Below, one piece after another: positions 14,750-26,105 of a stretch of 64,000 bases of DNA; positions within the stretch are counted from its first letter, which is position 1, and the number at the start of each line of letters is the position of its first letter. The translations under genes were made by a program, and so were the position numbers. The notes beneath the pieces were generated by a model that did no database searches, was not told the origin of the DNA, and saw only the letters and a list, made by a program, of their open reading frames with translations. The stretch is from Octopus vulgaris (taxonomy: Eukaryota), in the NCBI GenBank assembly GCA_951406725.2, contig OX597823.1, forward strand, positions 39,370,001 through 39,434,000, read 5' to 3'.

Positions 14750-15230
14750 TTCTTCAGTCTGTTGTACAGTCCAGACGCATTCCTAGCTGTCTCCTCTCCT
14801 ATCTTTTCTCTTATTGAAGAATCTTCTTCCAGCGTTCGTTACCTTACCTCGTCTGAGCTTAACGGCCCTCCCTGTCTGCATTCGTTTCGTTTGATTTGTT
14901 GTATGTCCTGTTTTTGTTACCAACTTTGACCCCCCGCGAATTCCAGATTTTATTTTGGTTGGCGGGAGCAACTGCCTTCAAAGTCTTATCTTATCGTTCA
15001 TTGCTTGAAATAAGGAGTAGAAGGACAGCCGACAACTAATGAAGGGTCCTTTTTTTTATGTCCCTTGTCTTTTATGTTACTTTCATGTTACTTGTCTCTC
15101 GTTCTTTGCGTACTCAACGTTATTTTCGTATTTCATGTCGTTTACGTTTTGTGACGTTCTGTACACATGTATGCATACCTATATACATACATATGTCTGT
15201 ATGTAAATATGTGTGTGTATATATGCATAT
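14750..15230 (+). mobile_element. Non-coding interspersed repeat (Penelope-like terminal repeat) carrying a permuted hammerhead
   Basis: Homologous by eye to 15490-15735(-), 16000-16275(+), 22795-22988(-) and 38280-38480(+). Confidence 0.6.
14985..15046 (+). ncRNA. Non-circularly permuted hammerhead-like motif, degenerate (G5 to A)
   Basis: CTTAT-C-TTATCG..CTT-GAAA-TAAG..CGACAA-CTAATGA-AGGG. Confidence 0.6.
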
Positions 15231-15288
15231 ATATATTATTTATATTTTTAATTGATTGAACGCCATGCATCCATTTCCAAGTAAGTTT

Positions 15289-15320
<32 letters not shown>

Positions 15321-15414
15321 CAAAAATTTAGATTCAGATGAATTAGGTACTTAAGTTGAGGCACCAGAATTTATTACTGTATTATCCATACAGTTTCAAA
15401 ATAAGGTGATTATT

Positions 15415-15456
<42 letters not shown>

Positions 15457-15489
15457 ATATAAATATATGCATATATACATATATGTACA

Positions 15490-15735
15490 TACCTACATAT
15501 ATATGAATATATGCATGCATATAATGGTACAGGACATCAAAAAATGTAGACACAGTGGGAAAACGAAAACATAAAAACAAAAAACATAGAAAACGAACTT
15601 TTTTCGAACAACGAATAAAGAAAGACAAACAAACAGAGAAACGAGACATGCAATATAGAGAACATTCCTTTTCATCAGTTGTCCCTGTTTCATCTACTAC
15701 GCGTGTCGAAGGTAAGGACAATATGTGACTTCAAA
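15490..15735 (-). mobile_element. Same repeat family, with a decayed permuted hammerhead at 15667-15727
   Basis: Minus strand CACAT-A-TTGTCCT-TAC-CTTC-GACA-CGCG..GGGACAA-CTGATGA-AAAGG. Confidence 0.65.
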
Positions 15736-15889
15736 CAAGGAATCAAGCAAGGAAACGGACTTTTTTTTAAACAACGAAAAAACAGAGTACAGGACAAACA
15801 ATACAAGGAAAATTCCCCTTCATCAGCTGTCCCTGGTTCGCACCGTCCAGGCAAAAATTGTCTGTTTCCTGTCCTGTTTCTTTATTGTA

Positions 15890-15997
15890 CTGTTTTTTCT
15901 TCATTTTATTGTACTGTTTTTTCTTCATTTGTATTGTTTTTTCTTCATTTGTATTGTTTTTTCTTCATTTACATTGTTTTTTCTTCATTTGTATTGC
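15890..15997 (+). repeat. 20-bp minisatellite (TTTTTTCTTCATTTGTATTG), about 5 units; mirrored at ~16598-16708
   Basis: Direct reading. Confidence 0.9.
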
Positions 15998-16082
15998 TTT
16001 TACGTCCTGTTTTTGTCACTTGTTTTACCCCCTCTGCAAAAGAATTTTATTTAATTCCTTTTGCAGGAAGGACTGCTTCGAC

Positions 16083-16144
16083 TGTGTTCTGTCCTTACCT
16101 TCGAAACACACTTTGAGTCGAACCAGGGACAGCTGATGAAGGGG
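16083..16144 (+). ncRNA. Non-circularly permuted hammerhead ribozyme candidate, intact core
   Basis: TGTGT-T-CTGTCCT-TAC-CTTC-GAAA-CACA-15nt-GGGACAG-CTGATGA-A-GGGG. Confidence 0.72.
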
Positions 16145-16450
16145 AATTTTCCTTGTATTGTTTGTCCTGTACTCTGTTTTTTCGTTGTTTAAAAAAGTCC
16201 GTTTCCTTGTTTGATTTTATGTTCTCGTCTCTCGTTGTGTTCTACGTTTATTTGTGGTATATATGTATGCATGTACATATATGTATGTATATGTACATAC
16301 TTACATCTACATGTATATATACATGCATACATATATACCACAAATAAACGTAGAACACAACGAGAGACGAGAACATAAAATCAAACAAGGAAACGGACTT
16401 TTTTAAACAACGAAAAAACAGAGTACAGGACAAACAATACAAGGAAAATT

Positions 16451-16512
16451 CCCCTTCATCAGCTGTCCCTGGTTCGACTCAAAGTGTGTTTCGAAGGCAA
16501 GGACAGAACACA
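16451..16512 (-). ncRNA. Second intact copy of the permuted hammerhead candidate
   Basis: Reverse complement of 16083-16144 with one linker change (TAC to TGC). Confidence 0.72.
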
Positions 16513-17028
16513 GTCGAAGCAATCCTTCCTGCAAAAGGAATTAAATAAAATTCTTTTGCAGAGGGGTAAAACAAGTGACAAAAACAGGACGTAAAAGCAA
16601 TACAAATGAAGAAAAAACAATGTAAATGAAGAAAAAACAATACAAATGAAGAAAAAAACAATACAAATGAAGAAAAACAGTACAATAAAATGAAGAAAAA
16701 ACAGTACAATAAAGAAACAGGACAGGAAACAGACAATTTTTGCCTGGACGGTGCGAACCAGGGACAGCTGATGAAGGGGAATTTTCCTTGTATTGTTTGT
16801 CCTGTACTCTGTTTTTTCGTTGTTTAAAAAAGTCCGTTTCCTTGTTTGATTTTATGTTCTCGTCTCTCGTTGTGTTCTACGTTTATTTGTGGTATATATG
16901 TATGCATGTATATATACATGTAGATGTAAGTATGTACATATATGTATGTATATATGCACATATTTTATTTATTTATTATATTACTATATGACCGAACGCA
17001 CGCGTTATTTCTCTATTTCTCTTCTCCA

Positions 17029-17097
<69 letters not shown>

Positions 17098-17582
17098 ATA
17101 TATGTATGTTTGTATTTATGTTATGTATGTATGTATATGTATATATATCTATATCTTATATATTTATTATTTACATCCTTATAAAAAGCAAACTTTGTAC
17201 CTTGACCGCTCATGTCACTAAATAAAATTGATAATATTTCAAGATTTTCGTGCTATTCGTAATGCTTTTTACAAAGTGAAAAAAAATACTCCGCCTATCA
17301 CTCAACCCACCTCTAGTTTTCCCTATGTTTATACATAACATCTATTCCTTTGAAGTCACCTCCTGATTTCTGCTATCTCGCTGTCTCTCACTATCTAGCC
17401 CCTCTCTCGCTCTCCTTCTCGTTGTATATGTGTGTGTGTGTGTCTCTCTCTCAATACCTTTACCTCTTTTTCTCTCTAGAGAAAAAACACGAGTGACAGA
17501 GAGAGAGAGAGTAGGGGGGGTCTACGGAGAAAAAACGAGACGCCGGACCGCTGCTTTTTTTCTGTCTATATGTCCCTCTCTA

Positions 17583-17999
17583 GGCGGCGAGCTGGCAGAA
17601 ACGTTAGCGCTCCGGACGAAATACTTAGCGAGCGGTATTTCGTCTGCGTTACGTTGTGAGTTCAAATTCCGCCGAGGTGGACTTTGCCTTTCATCCTTTC
17701 GGGGTCGATAAATTAAGTACCAGTTACGCACTGGGGTCGATGTAATCGACTTAATACCTATGTCTGTCCTTGTTTGTCCCCTCTATGTTTAGCCCCTTGT
17801 GGGTAATAAAGAAATAGGTATTTCGTCTGTCGTTACGTTCTGAGTTCAAATTCCGCCGGGGTCGACTTTGCCTTTCATCCTCTCGGGGTCGATAAATAAA
17901 GTACCAGTTTCCCACTGGGTCGATATAATCGACTTAATCCCTTTGTCTGTCCTTGTTTGTCCCTTCTATGTTTAGCCCCTTGTGGGCAATAAAGAAATA
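17583..17999 (+). mobile_element. tRNA-derived SINE family C (Meta/MESC-type central domain), with a tandemly duplicated body
   Basis: GGCGGCGAGCTGGCAG head, GAGTTCAAATTCC B box, GCCTTTCATCCTTTCGGGGTCGATAAA domain; body repeated from ~17818. Confidence 0.9.
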
Positions 18000-18602
18000 T
18001 GTATATATGTCCCTCTCTATGTTTCTATATCTCTCACTATCTTCCTCTCGCTTTCTTTCTCTCTCTCTCTCTCACTCTCTATATGTCTCTCTCTCTCTCT
18101 CTCACTACCTGTACCTCTTTTTCTCTCTGGAGATAAAATACATGAGACAGAAATGGAGTTAGGGAGAAAAAGCAAGTGAGACGGAGGATAAGTACAGTTT
18201 AGATATTTATATAAATAAATTTGGTTTTTTCGGGACTGACAAGTGTCAGTCCATTTCACTCGCTCGGTATACACTCCTTCTCCTCCTTTATGAGACTGAC
18301 AATGTCAGTCTGCTTTAGCCACTCGGTACACCCCCTCCCTCCTTCCTCGACGTTACCGTTCCGATGATAAAAAATAAATAAATGAAAAGTATGACGCTGA
18401 TTATGTATGTGTGTGCGTGTGCTTGTGTGCGTGCGTACGTGCGTGTAACTGTACGAAACTGTGTGTGTTTGTGTGTGCGCGCACGCACGTACTTGTGTGT
18501 GACTATTTGTGCATCTCCGCTAAACCGAAAATAACCGAAGTATTAATTTATAAATTGTGAGCATGTATATGTTTCTATTAAACATTTATGTACGTTTGTA
18601 TA

Positions 18603-18642
<40 letters not shown>

Positions 18643-18659
18643 AATATATATATACATAC

Positions 18660-21150
18660 ACAAACATACCTCAGCTTAAGTCGTTCTCGATTATACGTCG
18701 GTTTTCAAAAATAATTTATGGAAAAATAAAAATCGTGTTTGGCCATTTTACTCACTTTACGTCTGTCTGCCACAAATATTGGAATCGTAAAATCACTAGA
18801 AAGCCATTAAAAGCACATAAAAATCACATTACTGTACAATAAATAAGAATAAAAGCATGTAAAGTCATATCAAAATACATACAGTAAATGTTAAGATGCA
18901 TACCATGACATAATGTAGCTTAGTGAATGAAATCATGAAATCAACTGTGTTGTCATATTTATCAGTCTTTCAGAGCTCATATTACACTGTAGTTCCAAAA
19001 TCTACCGTTAGGCATCGTTGTCACTTGTGATTCTCGCGATTGTTTTGAATTCCGGCTACTTTCTCATACTCATTCATTTGTGACTTTATTTTTTGCCCCC
19101 GTGACTCCTAAGAAAATTCATAGTGAAAGTACTAAGCGTCATGCTATAAAGCTGGAAAATAAACTGCCTATGATAAAACGCCATGAAAAAGGTGAAAAAG
19201 TGGTTGCAATTGCACGATCTTTTGAGATGAGTCGGACAACTGCATCGACTATTGAACATAATAAGGACAAGATTTTAACACATATCAAATCTGAAGCCCC
19301 AGGGATGAAGAACACTGTCATCAATAAGAAAAGAGGTAAAATCTTTGAAGAACTGGAAAGTCTTCTTTCTCTTTGGTTTAGTCAAGAAATCATTCAGGTG
19401 AAAACGTTGTCTTTGAGGATCTAAAGAAAAAATATCCAGATAAGAAAGATGTAGAGTTCAAGGCAAGTGAAGGATGATCCCTGAAACTTAAAGCGCGAAA
19501 AAGTTATCAGTCCATTAAGAAGCAAGGTGAAAGTGCATCAGCTGATGAACAAGCAGTAGCGGAATTTCCTAATGCATTAAAGAAAACAATCAAAAGAAAC
19601 GGTTTTCTTCCAGAACAGATTTTTAATGTAGACGAAACTGGATTGTTTTGGAAAAAGTTGCCAGACCACGCATTGATTTCCAAGAAGGAGAAAAACTATT
19701 CCAGACTACAAAGTCTTAAAAGAACATCACCATTATGTTGGGAGGTAATTTGCTGGAGATTTTAAGTGCTTCATGCACACAACCCCCGTGCCCTGAAGAA
19801 CACAGCTAAGTCATCTCTCCCTGTTATATGGATGACTCATTCAAAAGCATGGGTTACTGTTGTTGTTTTTGAAGATTGGTTCTTCAATCATTTTATCCCA
19901 GCCGCAGAGAAGTACTGTAAGAAGAAGGGGATTCCTTTTAAGGTTATACTTATCTTAAATAATGCTCCTGGCCATCCGCATAACATCGTAGATTTTGACC
20001 CCAACGTTACCGTCGTATACCTCCCTCCGAACACCACGTCTCTTCTGCAGCCAATGGATCAGGAAATAATTGCTATCTTCAAGCGTTACTGTATGAAGCG
20101 TACGCTGCGGCAAACAATAGCTGCAATTGATCTTGATGAGTCCATCACACTTCGTAACTTTTGGAAGAGATACAAGGCTGTACAGAACATAGCAGCGACA
20201 TGGAATGATGTACAGCGCACGGCTATGAATAGTGTATGGAAGAAGCTATGTCTGCAATTCGTGAACCAATTTAAGGGGTTTGATAATGTTGCCACCAACA
20301 AAACGTTGGTGACTACGAACACAGAACTGGAAATGGATTTGGATTGGAGGAGGAGAATTTCCCAGATTTATTTGAAAAAGACAGGCAGCCCCTGACGAAC
20401 GAAGGCTTGATAGAGCTTCATGAGCAGCAAAACAAAGAAGAGGAAGTCGAACCTGAGCCACATCACTTTAACACTAAGAAAATGCAGCAAGCATTTGCAT
20501 ATATCGAAAAAGGTCTTTCAATGTTTGGGGATATGGATCCAAATACTCAGCGCTTTTCCAAGATTATGGGGGCTTGTTATGAAGCTTTTGCTCCTTATAA
20601 TGTAATCCTCGAGGAAAAGAAGACAGTTCAAGGAACTCGCAACCGGTTTTTTTAAGCCCATCGAACAAGAACAGTTAGAGTCAGCTGTTGATGGTGACGA
20701 TCCACGGCCATCTACATCCGCCATATAAACCACCAAATTCTATGTACGTGTTGGTAAATTTAAAATAATTAATTTTTTAATTACTATTGCAAAATAATAA
20801 TAATGACTGAATTTGTATTTTAAGCTAAAAAAGGTTTTTATTTTACCATATCTTATTGCGAACTGTATTTATAAATAAAGCGTCTGCGATGTACGCCAAA
20901 TTGTATTCGTAAATTAGATTATATTTTTTTACTGTACTGTCTTAAAAACTAAAAATTATTTGTTTGTAAGCTTAAAATAGGTTTTTATTAACCATGTATT
21001 ATTGAAAATGCATTCATAAATAAAGTGCAGAACTGGGAATAGTTATTATCGGTTTAACTTAGGGACAAGTATATTCGGCCTAGCCTAGAGATAAGTTAAT
21101 TCGACTTACGTCGTGTCTCCTGGAACCAATTAACGACGTAGGGTATATAC
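18660..21150 (+). mobile_element. Tigger/pogo-family DNA transposon, near full length, decayed
   Basis: Transposase remnants plus degenerate ends with CGAC(T)TACGTCG motifs at ~18670-18700 and ~21100-21147. Confidence 0.85.
19101..20730 (+). pseudogene. Tigger/pogo transposase (psq HTH, CENP-B HTH, DDE_1), frameshifted
   Basis: RHAIKLENK..AIARSFEMSRTTASTI; IFNVDETGLFWKK; LILNNAPGHP; VYLPPNTTSLLQPMDQ; several stops and frameshifts. Confidence 0.92.
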
Positions 21151-21194
21151 ATATATGTATGTATGAATACATACATACATACATATATATATAT

Positions 21195-21224
<30 letters not shown>

Positions 21225-21230
<6 letters not shown>

Positions 21231-21739
21231 TAGTAATGCAATACTAGAGTATTGCTTTCCAGTAAAGAATAGCCCGTGAGGGAAAAATATACAAAGAAGT
21301 AAATATATGGCACAACGAAGTACCGATATTTACTGGAAATAGCGAACGTAATAATACGACGCTAATGTATAGCTTCACCGCGTATGTACTAGCAAAAATG
21401 CGTGTGTGCAACAAACTAGAAAAAATTGTCTTACCTCCAGGGAGAACATCTGAAAGATGAAATACCTGGAAAAGGATAATGTGGGACATGCGCAGGTTTC
21501 AGATTTTTCAAGATATGTCTGCACCCATAAACTTGATCTATCTTCATCAGCCAAACATATACCACGACAACATTTCAGATGTTACCACATTAATGCCATT
21601 ACAATCGACTGAAACGCCGAAACGCTAACAGTACGAGAACGGTGAAGAAGTTTCAATAAATTAGTAATGCAATACTAGAGTATTGCTTTCCAGTAAAGAA
21701 TAGCCCGCGAGGGAAAAATATACAAAGAAGTAAATATAT
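21225..21739 (-). mobile_element. Retrozyme-like or non-autonomous Penelope-like element: 431-bp monomer plus 84-bp terminal redundancy
   Basis: 21225-21308 repeated at 21656-21739 (1 mismatch); flanked by (TA)n; contains a hammerhead. Confidence 0.7.
21479..21558 (-). ncRNA. Type I hammerhead ribozyme, intact core, GUC site
   Basis: Minus strand ATGTTTGG-CTGATGA-AGAT..TCAAG..CTTGA..ATCT-GAAAC-CTGCGCAT-GTC-CCACAT. Confidence 0.82.
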
Positions 21740-21756
21740 ATATATGTAAATATGTA

Positions 21757-21828
<72 letters not shown>

Positions 21829-22380
21829 TGTATGTATGTATGTATGTATATATCCGTGGCACTCCGTCGGTTACGATGACGAGGGTTCCAGTTGACCCGA
21901 TCGACGGAACAGCCTGCTCGTGAATATGCCCATACACACATTATTGCATGCCCATATGCACATCTCTACACACACAAAAACGCATATACATATACGTGTA
22001 TAAGCATATATATGTTTAATTATACACACACACATACGTATGTATGAGTACGTAACTTCATCCTCACATAGATGTATGCCTACACTTATATTTTTTTCAT
22101 TTTCTTCCTTTTTCAATCGTGTGATTGTATACGCGTGTGAGTATATGTATATATAAGTATATATTAAATGTGTATGTATGTACATGTGTGTATATGTGTA
22201 CACGTGTATATATATATATATATTATATGAGTGTAAAACTGTATCCAGTACATAAGGGCGGCTGTCATGCACATGTCTCCTTCCTCTATACGTATAGGTA
22301 TATACATACGCTTGTATATCTGTGGTTGTAAGTGTGTTGATTGATAGGAGGGTGTATATGTATATATATATATATATATA

Positions 22381-22792
22381 GGCGCAGGAGTGGCTGTGTG
22401 GTAAGTAGCTTGCTAACCAACCACATGTTTCCGGGTTCAGTCCCACAGCGTGGCATCTTGGGCAAGTGTCTTCTGCTATAGACCCGGGCCGACCAATGCC
22501 TTGTGAGTGGATTTGGTAGACGGAAACTGAAAGAAGCCTGTCGTATATATGTATATATATATGTATGTGTGTGTGTGTTTGTGTGTCTGTGTTTCTCCCC
22601 CTAGCATTGCTTGACAACCGATGCTGGTGTGTTTACGTCCCCCGTCACTTAGCGGTTCGGCAAAAGAGACCGATAGAATAAGTACTGGACTTACAAAGAA
22701 TAATCCCGGGGTCGGTTTGCTCGAGTAAAAGGCGGTACTCCAGCATGGCCGCAGTTAAATGACTGAAACAAGTAAAAGAGTAAAAGAGAGTA
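22381..22792 (+). mobile_element. SINE family A, full length
   Basis: GGCGCAGGAGTGGCTGTGTGG head, GGGTTCAGTCCC B box, (GTAAAAGA)n tail. Confidence 0.93.
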
Positions 22793-22794
22793 AG

Positions 22795-22988
22795 CATTAA
22801 TATATGGGCACGGGACGTCAAAAAAGCCTGGACATCATGAAAAATGAGAACATGAAAAACAAAAACATGGAAAACGAACTTTTTTTGAATAACGAAAGAA
22901 ACAAATAGAGAAACGAGACAAGTAACATAAAGAACAATCCCTTCACCAGTTGTCCCCTGTTTTATCTACTCCGCATTTCGAACGTTAT
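22795..22988 (-). mobile_element. 5'-truncated copy of the permuted-hammerhead repeat family
   Basis: Minus strand TTC-GAAA-TGCGG..GGGGACAA-CTGGTGA-AGGG; cleavage-site strand missing. Confidence 0.65.
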
Positions 22989-23095
22989 ATATATATGTCT
23001 GTGTGAGTGTATACGTATGTAATTTTTACGAACGCAGAATACTTCTATCTATTGTGAGAATGTAATTGCGTGTTTTGTTTATTTTTTATATTTTA

Positions 23096-23491
23096 CTAGC
23101 AGTATCGCCCGGCGTTGCTCGGGTTTGTAAGGGAAATAACTATATAAGCATTTTTAGAGATGTAAAGTATAATAGCCATCTCAATATGGCTAACCACAAA
23201 GGGGGGTGTTACTGTAGCTTTTTACGTTCTGAGATTTAATAATACATTTTTAGAGAGTTACTTCCCTTATATAAACTGAGCGAAAATGCATTAAAAATGT
23301 GAAAAATTGATGGTAAATTTTTTTAAAAATCGTAGACTCATCGTAGACGCGCGCTAATACCCAGAAGGGCTCGATATGAATCACGACTATAAGATACCCG
23401 GTTTTGGTTAAACTGCACCGCAAAATGTGGGAGTAGTCAGGAATCTAAATCGTAGGAGACAGACACACAACTTGACTTTTATATATAAAGA
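23096..23491 (-). mobile_element. Non-autonomous Helitron, family 1
   Basis: Reverse complement of the TC...hairpin-CTAG element. Confidence 0.88.
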
Positions 23492-23559
23492 TATATTTTA
23501 TATATTTTCATGCCTTTTACAGTAACTTCCCTTTCATTCAACTTTTTTTTCCATAGCGT

Positions 23560-23790
23560 CTATCGTCAAAATGCTGCAGGATTGAATCGAAAGACGGATC
23601 CTTCAAGAAGGAGACCTGAGGGTAGACAAGAATGAAATGGTTGGATAATATCCATAGTCTCAGTTAGTCACGCTTGGGAATCCAGCGTAATGAAGGTTGC
23701 TTCTGCAAGGACCCTATGGAGGTGGCTGAGGATGCTACTCCAACGACACTGCCAGAAATAGTAGGCGAAGAAGATGGGTGGAAGAGATTT
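23560..23790 (+). mobile_element. RTE LINE 3' fragment
   Basis: RRPEGRQ..KWLDNIHSLS..RLGIQ; similar to 10030-10200. Confidence 0.65.
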
Positions 23791-23799
23791 TTTTATTTT

Positions 23800-24140
23800 T
23801 TATTTCTTTCATTAATTGGGCTACACTTATTCTGGGGCAGCACCTTGTGGGGTTTAATCGAATTGATCAGACCTAGTACTTATTTTGCAAACGTGGTATA
23901 TATTCTATCGGTCTCTTTTGCCGGGCACGTAAACTACCTCCAGTTGTCGAATGACCAGTACAAACACAAAACACACACACGTATAGATATGTTTATAATG
24001 GGCTTCCACCACTCACGAGGCATTGAACCTTTCGGCACAACAAATGAGGACGTTTGTTCAAGGTGCCACGCAGTGGGAATGAACGCGAAACAATTTGGTT
24101 GCAAAGTGGTGAGGTTCTGAACCACGCAAGCTTTCCTGCG
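23800..24140 (-). mobile_element. Old SINE family A copy
   Basis: CTAGTACT..ATTCTATCGGTCTCTTTTGCCG and AAGGTGCCACGCAGTGGGA blocks. Confidence 0.7.
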
Positions 24141-24189
24141 TGTGTATATATTCTTTTATCATTTTACAGAATAAAAGGATATGCACATA

Positions 24190-24510
24190 TCCACACTTAC
24201 ACACACATTCCTCCTCCTCTACCACTCTCCTGTCTTTGAAAGAAACACTCTCCTGTCTTTGAAAGAACTTTTCTTCACCCATTTCCTTCCGGTCATTCAA
24301 AATATGACCGCGTGTGTACCGTTGGCGATTTTTTTCCTCTGTCTTCCCTTCTCTGGATCTTTCCTTCTCCTATGTTTCCGACGAAGAGCTCCGCTCGAAA
24401 CGTTAAACCCTCCTTCTTTCCTTCTTTACTGAGCGTCCAATAATACTATATTTGTTCCACGTCCTCGCGTTGTTGTGTTTTTTGTGCTTTCTTGTTTGGA
24501 TTAATTTTAA
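24190..24510 (+). mobile_element. Penelope-like terminal repeat with a minimal hammerhead
   Basis: Homologous to 60830-61110(-), which lies 3' of a PLE RT/GIY-YIG fragment. Confidence 0.7.
24374..24408 (+). ncRNA. Minimal type I hammerhead variant (U4 to C)
   Basis: GTTT-CCGACGA-A-GAGC tcc GCTC-GAAA-CG-TT-AAAC; palindromic AACGTT stem III. Confidence 0.65.
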
Positions 24511-24521
24511 ATATATATAGA

Positions 24522-24552
<31 letters not shown>

Positions 24553-24986
24553 GAAGAGTAAAGACCCTTCGATCATGAATGACCATGGGATTGCGCCTAG
24601 AAAGTTACCCTCTGAGGTAAAAGTCCGGGCAATATTGTTTAAAGAAGACCAGCAGTCGCCCATCCAGCCCTCCACCTCCATGCCACCAGTGAAAGGCGCC
24701 CAAGCTCGCGCGCACCCCCCCCCCACAAGTATAGTGATTCTGGGTTGGCAAGTTCAGAAGAATATTCTTATAATCTGGGATAAAGTGACACCGAGATTTG
24801 AGCTATTTACGTTCTGAGCTTAAATCCTGGTGGAAAGCAACAGAGATTTTCCGATTAACCATGACGGGCTGGTTTTGAAAGTTCTAGTCTGCCATTGTCA
24901 AGGACCGACATAATATGAGTCGTCAAATATTACTTGTCTTTCTGTCCAAGAATTTCCATATATATATATGTGTGTGTGTGTATATA

Positions 24987-26002
24987 TCTATATATATAAA
25001 ACTGAGAATGTGTCTGTCTGTCTGTCTGTCTGTGTGTTTCCCTAAAACTTGAGAACTACACAACCAATTTCATTCTCAAATTTTACACATGCCTTACTTA
25101 GGGTCCGGGGAGTGTCATCGGCAAAAAAAATTTTGAACTTTTTGCCTAGGGCGAGCCCACAGCAATATCATATCTTCTCCACTACGATTCCCTAAAATTC
25201 GAGAACTACAGAACCAATTTCATTCAAATTTTACACATGCCTTACTTAGGGTCCATGTAGTTTCATGGGCAAAAAAAGTTCAAAAAAAGTAATAATTAAA
25301 ATCAAACTAAAGTATAATATAATCGTAACATAACAAAAGTAAAAATAGCAATTGGTATAAAATTGCATCAATGACTTGAACTTGAATAAATGGTTTCGCA
25401 TGAATGGGAATAAATTAAAAATAAAATTAGCGTGCAGAAATGGAATAGTCCAGATGGATAATAAAAAAATTAAATTAAAGAAAAGACTATTGTCTATAAA
25501 GTATACAATGTAGAGAAAACAAAAAAGATTTGAACACCTGGAGGAAAAGTGTCTTGGTGTGACTATGAAAGATATCTAACCAGAGGTGGTAAATTCGCCA
25601 CAATAGAAGCAAGGTTCGAGTCAACGGAGCGTGCAAGGGAGTACTCGACTCGAACTTGCAAAGTGGAGATATTTTAGTTTTACCTTTATATCTGGGACGT
25701 AGGACGTGTCGGATAAAAATTTAAAATGCCCCCCCCCCCGAAGCAGAAGTAGGCTGGATTGTAGCCACACTTCTATACAAGAGGGAGGACAAGATACAAT
25801 TGATCGAAATTGCAAGAGACGGGCTTACAATTCCAGTTTGTTATATATTTTGAGTATTGTTATCACTAGCGATATCAAGATATAACTTTGTATTTTGTAT
25901 TTTATGTGTAGATGTATATATATATAGATGTACATGTAATATGTACACATATATATATATGCACTAGCACTATGACCCGGCAACGACGGGTCATATTGCT
26001 AG
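24987..26002 (+). mobile_element. Non-autonomous Helitron, family 2 (internal ~65-bp duplication at 25040/25190)
   Basis: TCTATATATATAAAACTGAGAATG 5' end; ATGACCCG..CGGGTCAT hairpin then CTAG. Confidence 0.8.
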
Positions 26003-26054
26003 TGTGTGTGTGTATATATTTATATATATATCTTTCTATCTTTCTATCTCTCTA

Positions 26055-26103
<49 letters not shown>

Positions 26104-26105
<2 letters not shown>

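Larger units (their letters stand above)
15741..16942. repeat. Nested large inverted repeat (A-X-A'-spacer-A-X'-A')
   Basis: 15741-16275 is the near-perfect reverse complement of 16320-16851; 16290-16476 inverts 16754-16940; 15741-15840 inverts 16119-16216. Confidence 0.95.

Noticed and set aside
15890-15997. Regular 20-bp repeats as a CRISPR-like array
   Set aside because: Head-to-tail minisatellite without unique spacers; eukaryotic context with no cas genes
19080-20655. Domesticated TIGD/CENP-B-like host gene
   Set aside because: Multiple stops and frameshifts; transposon-like ends retained
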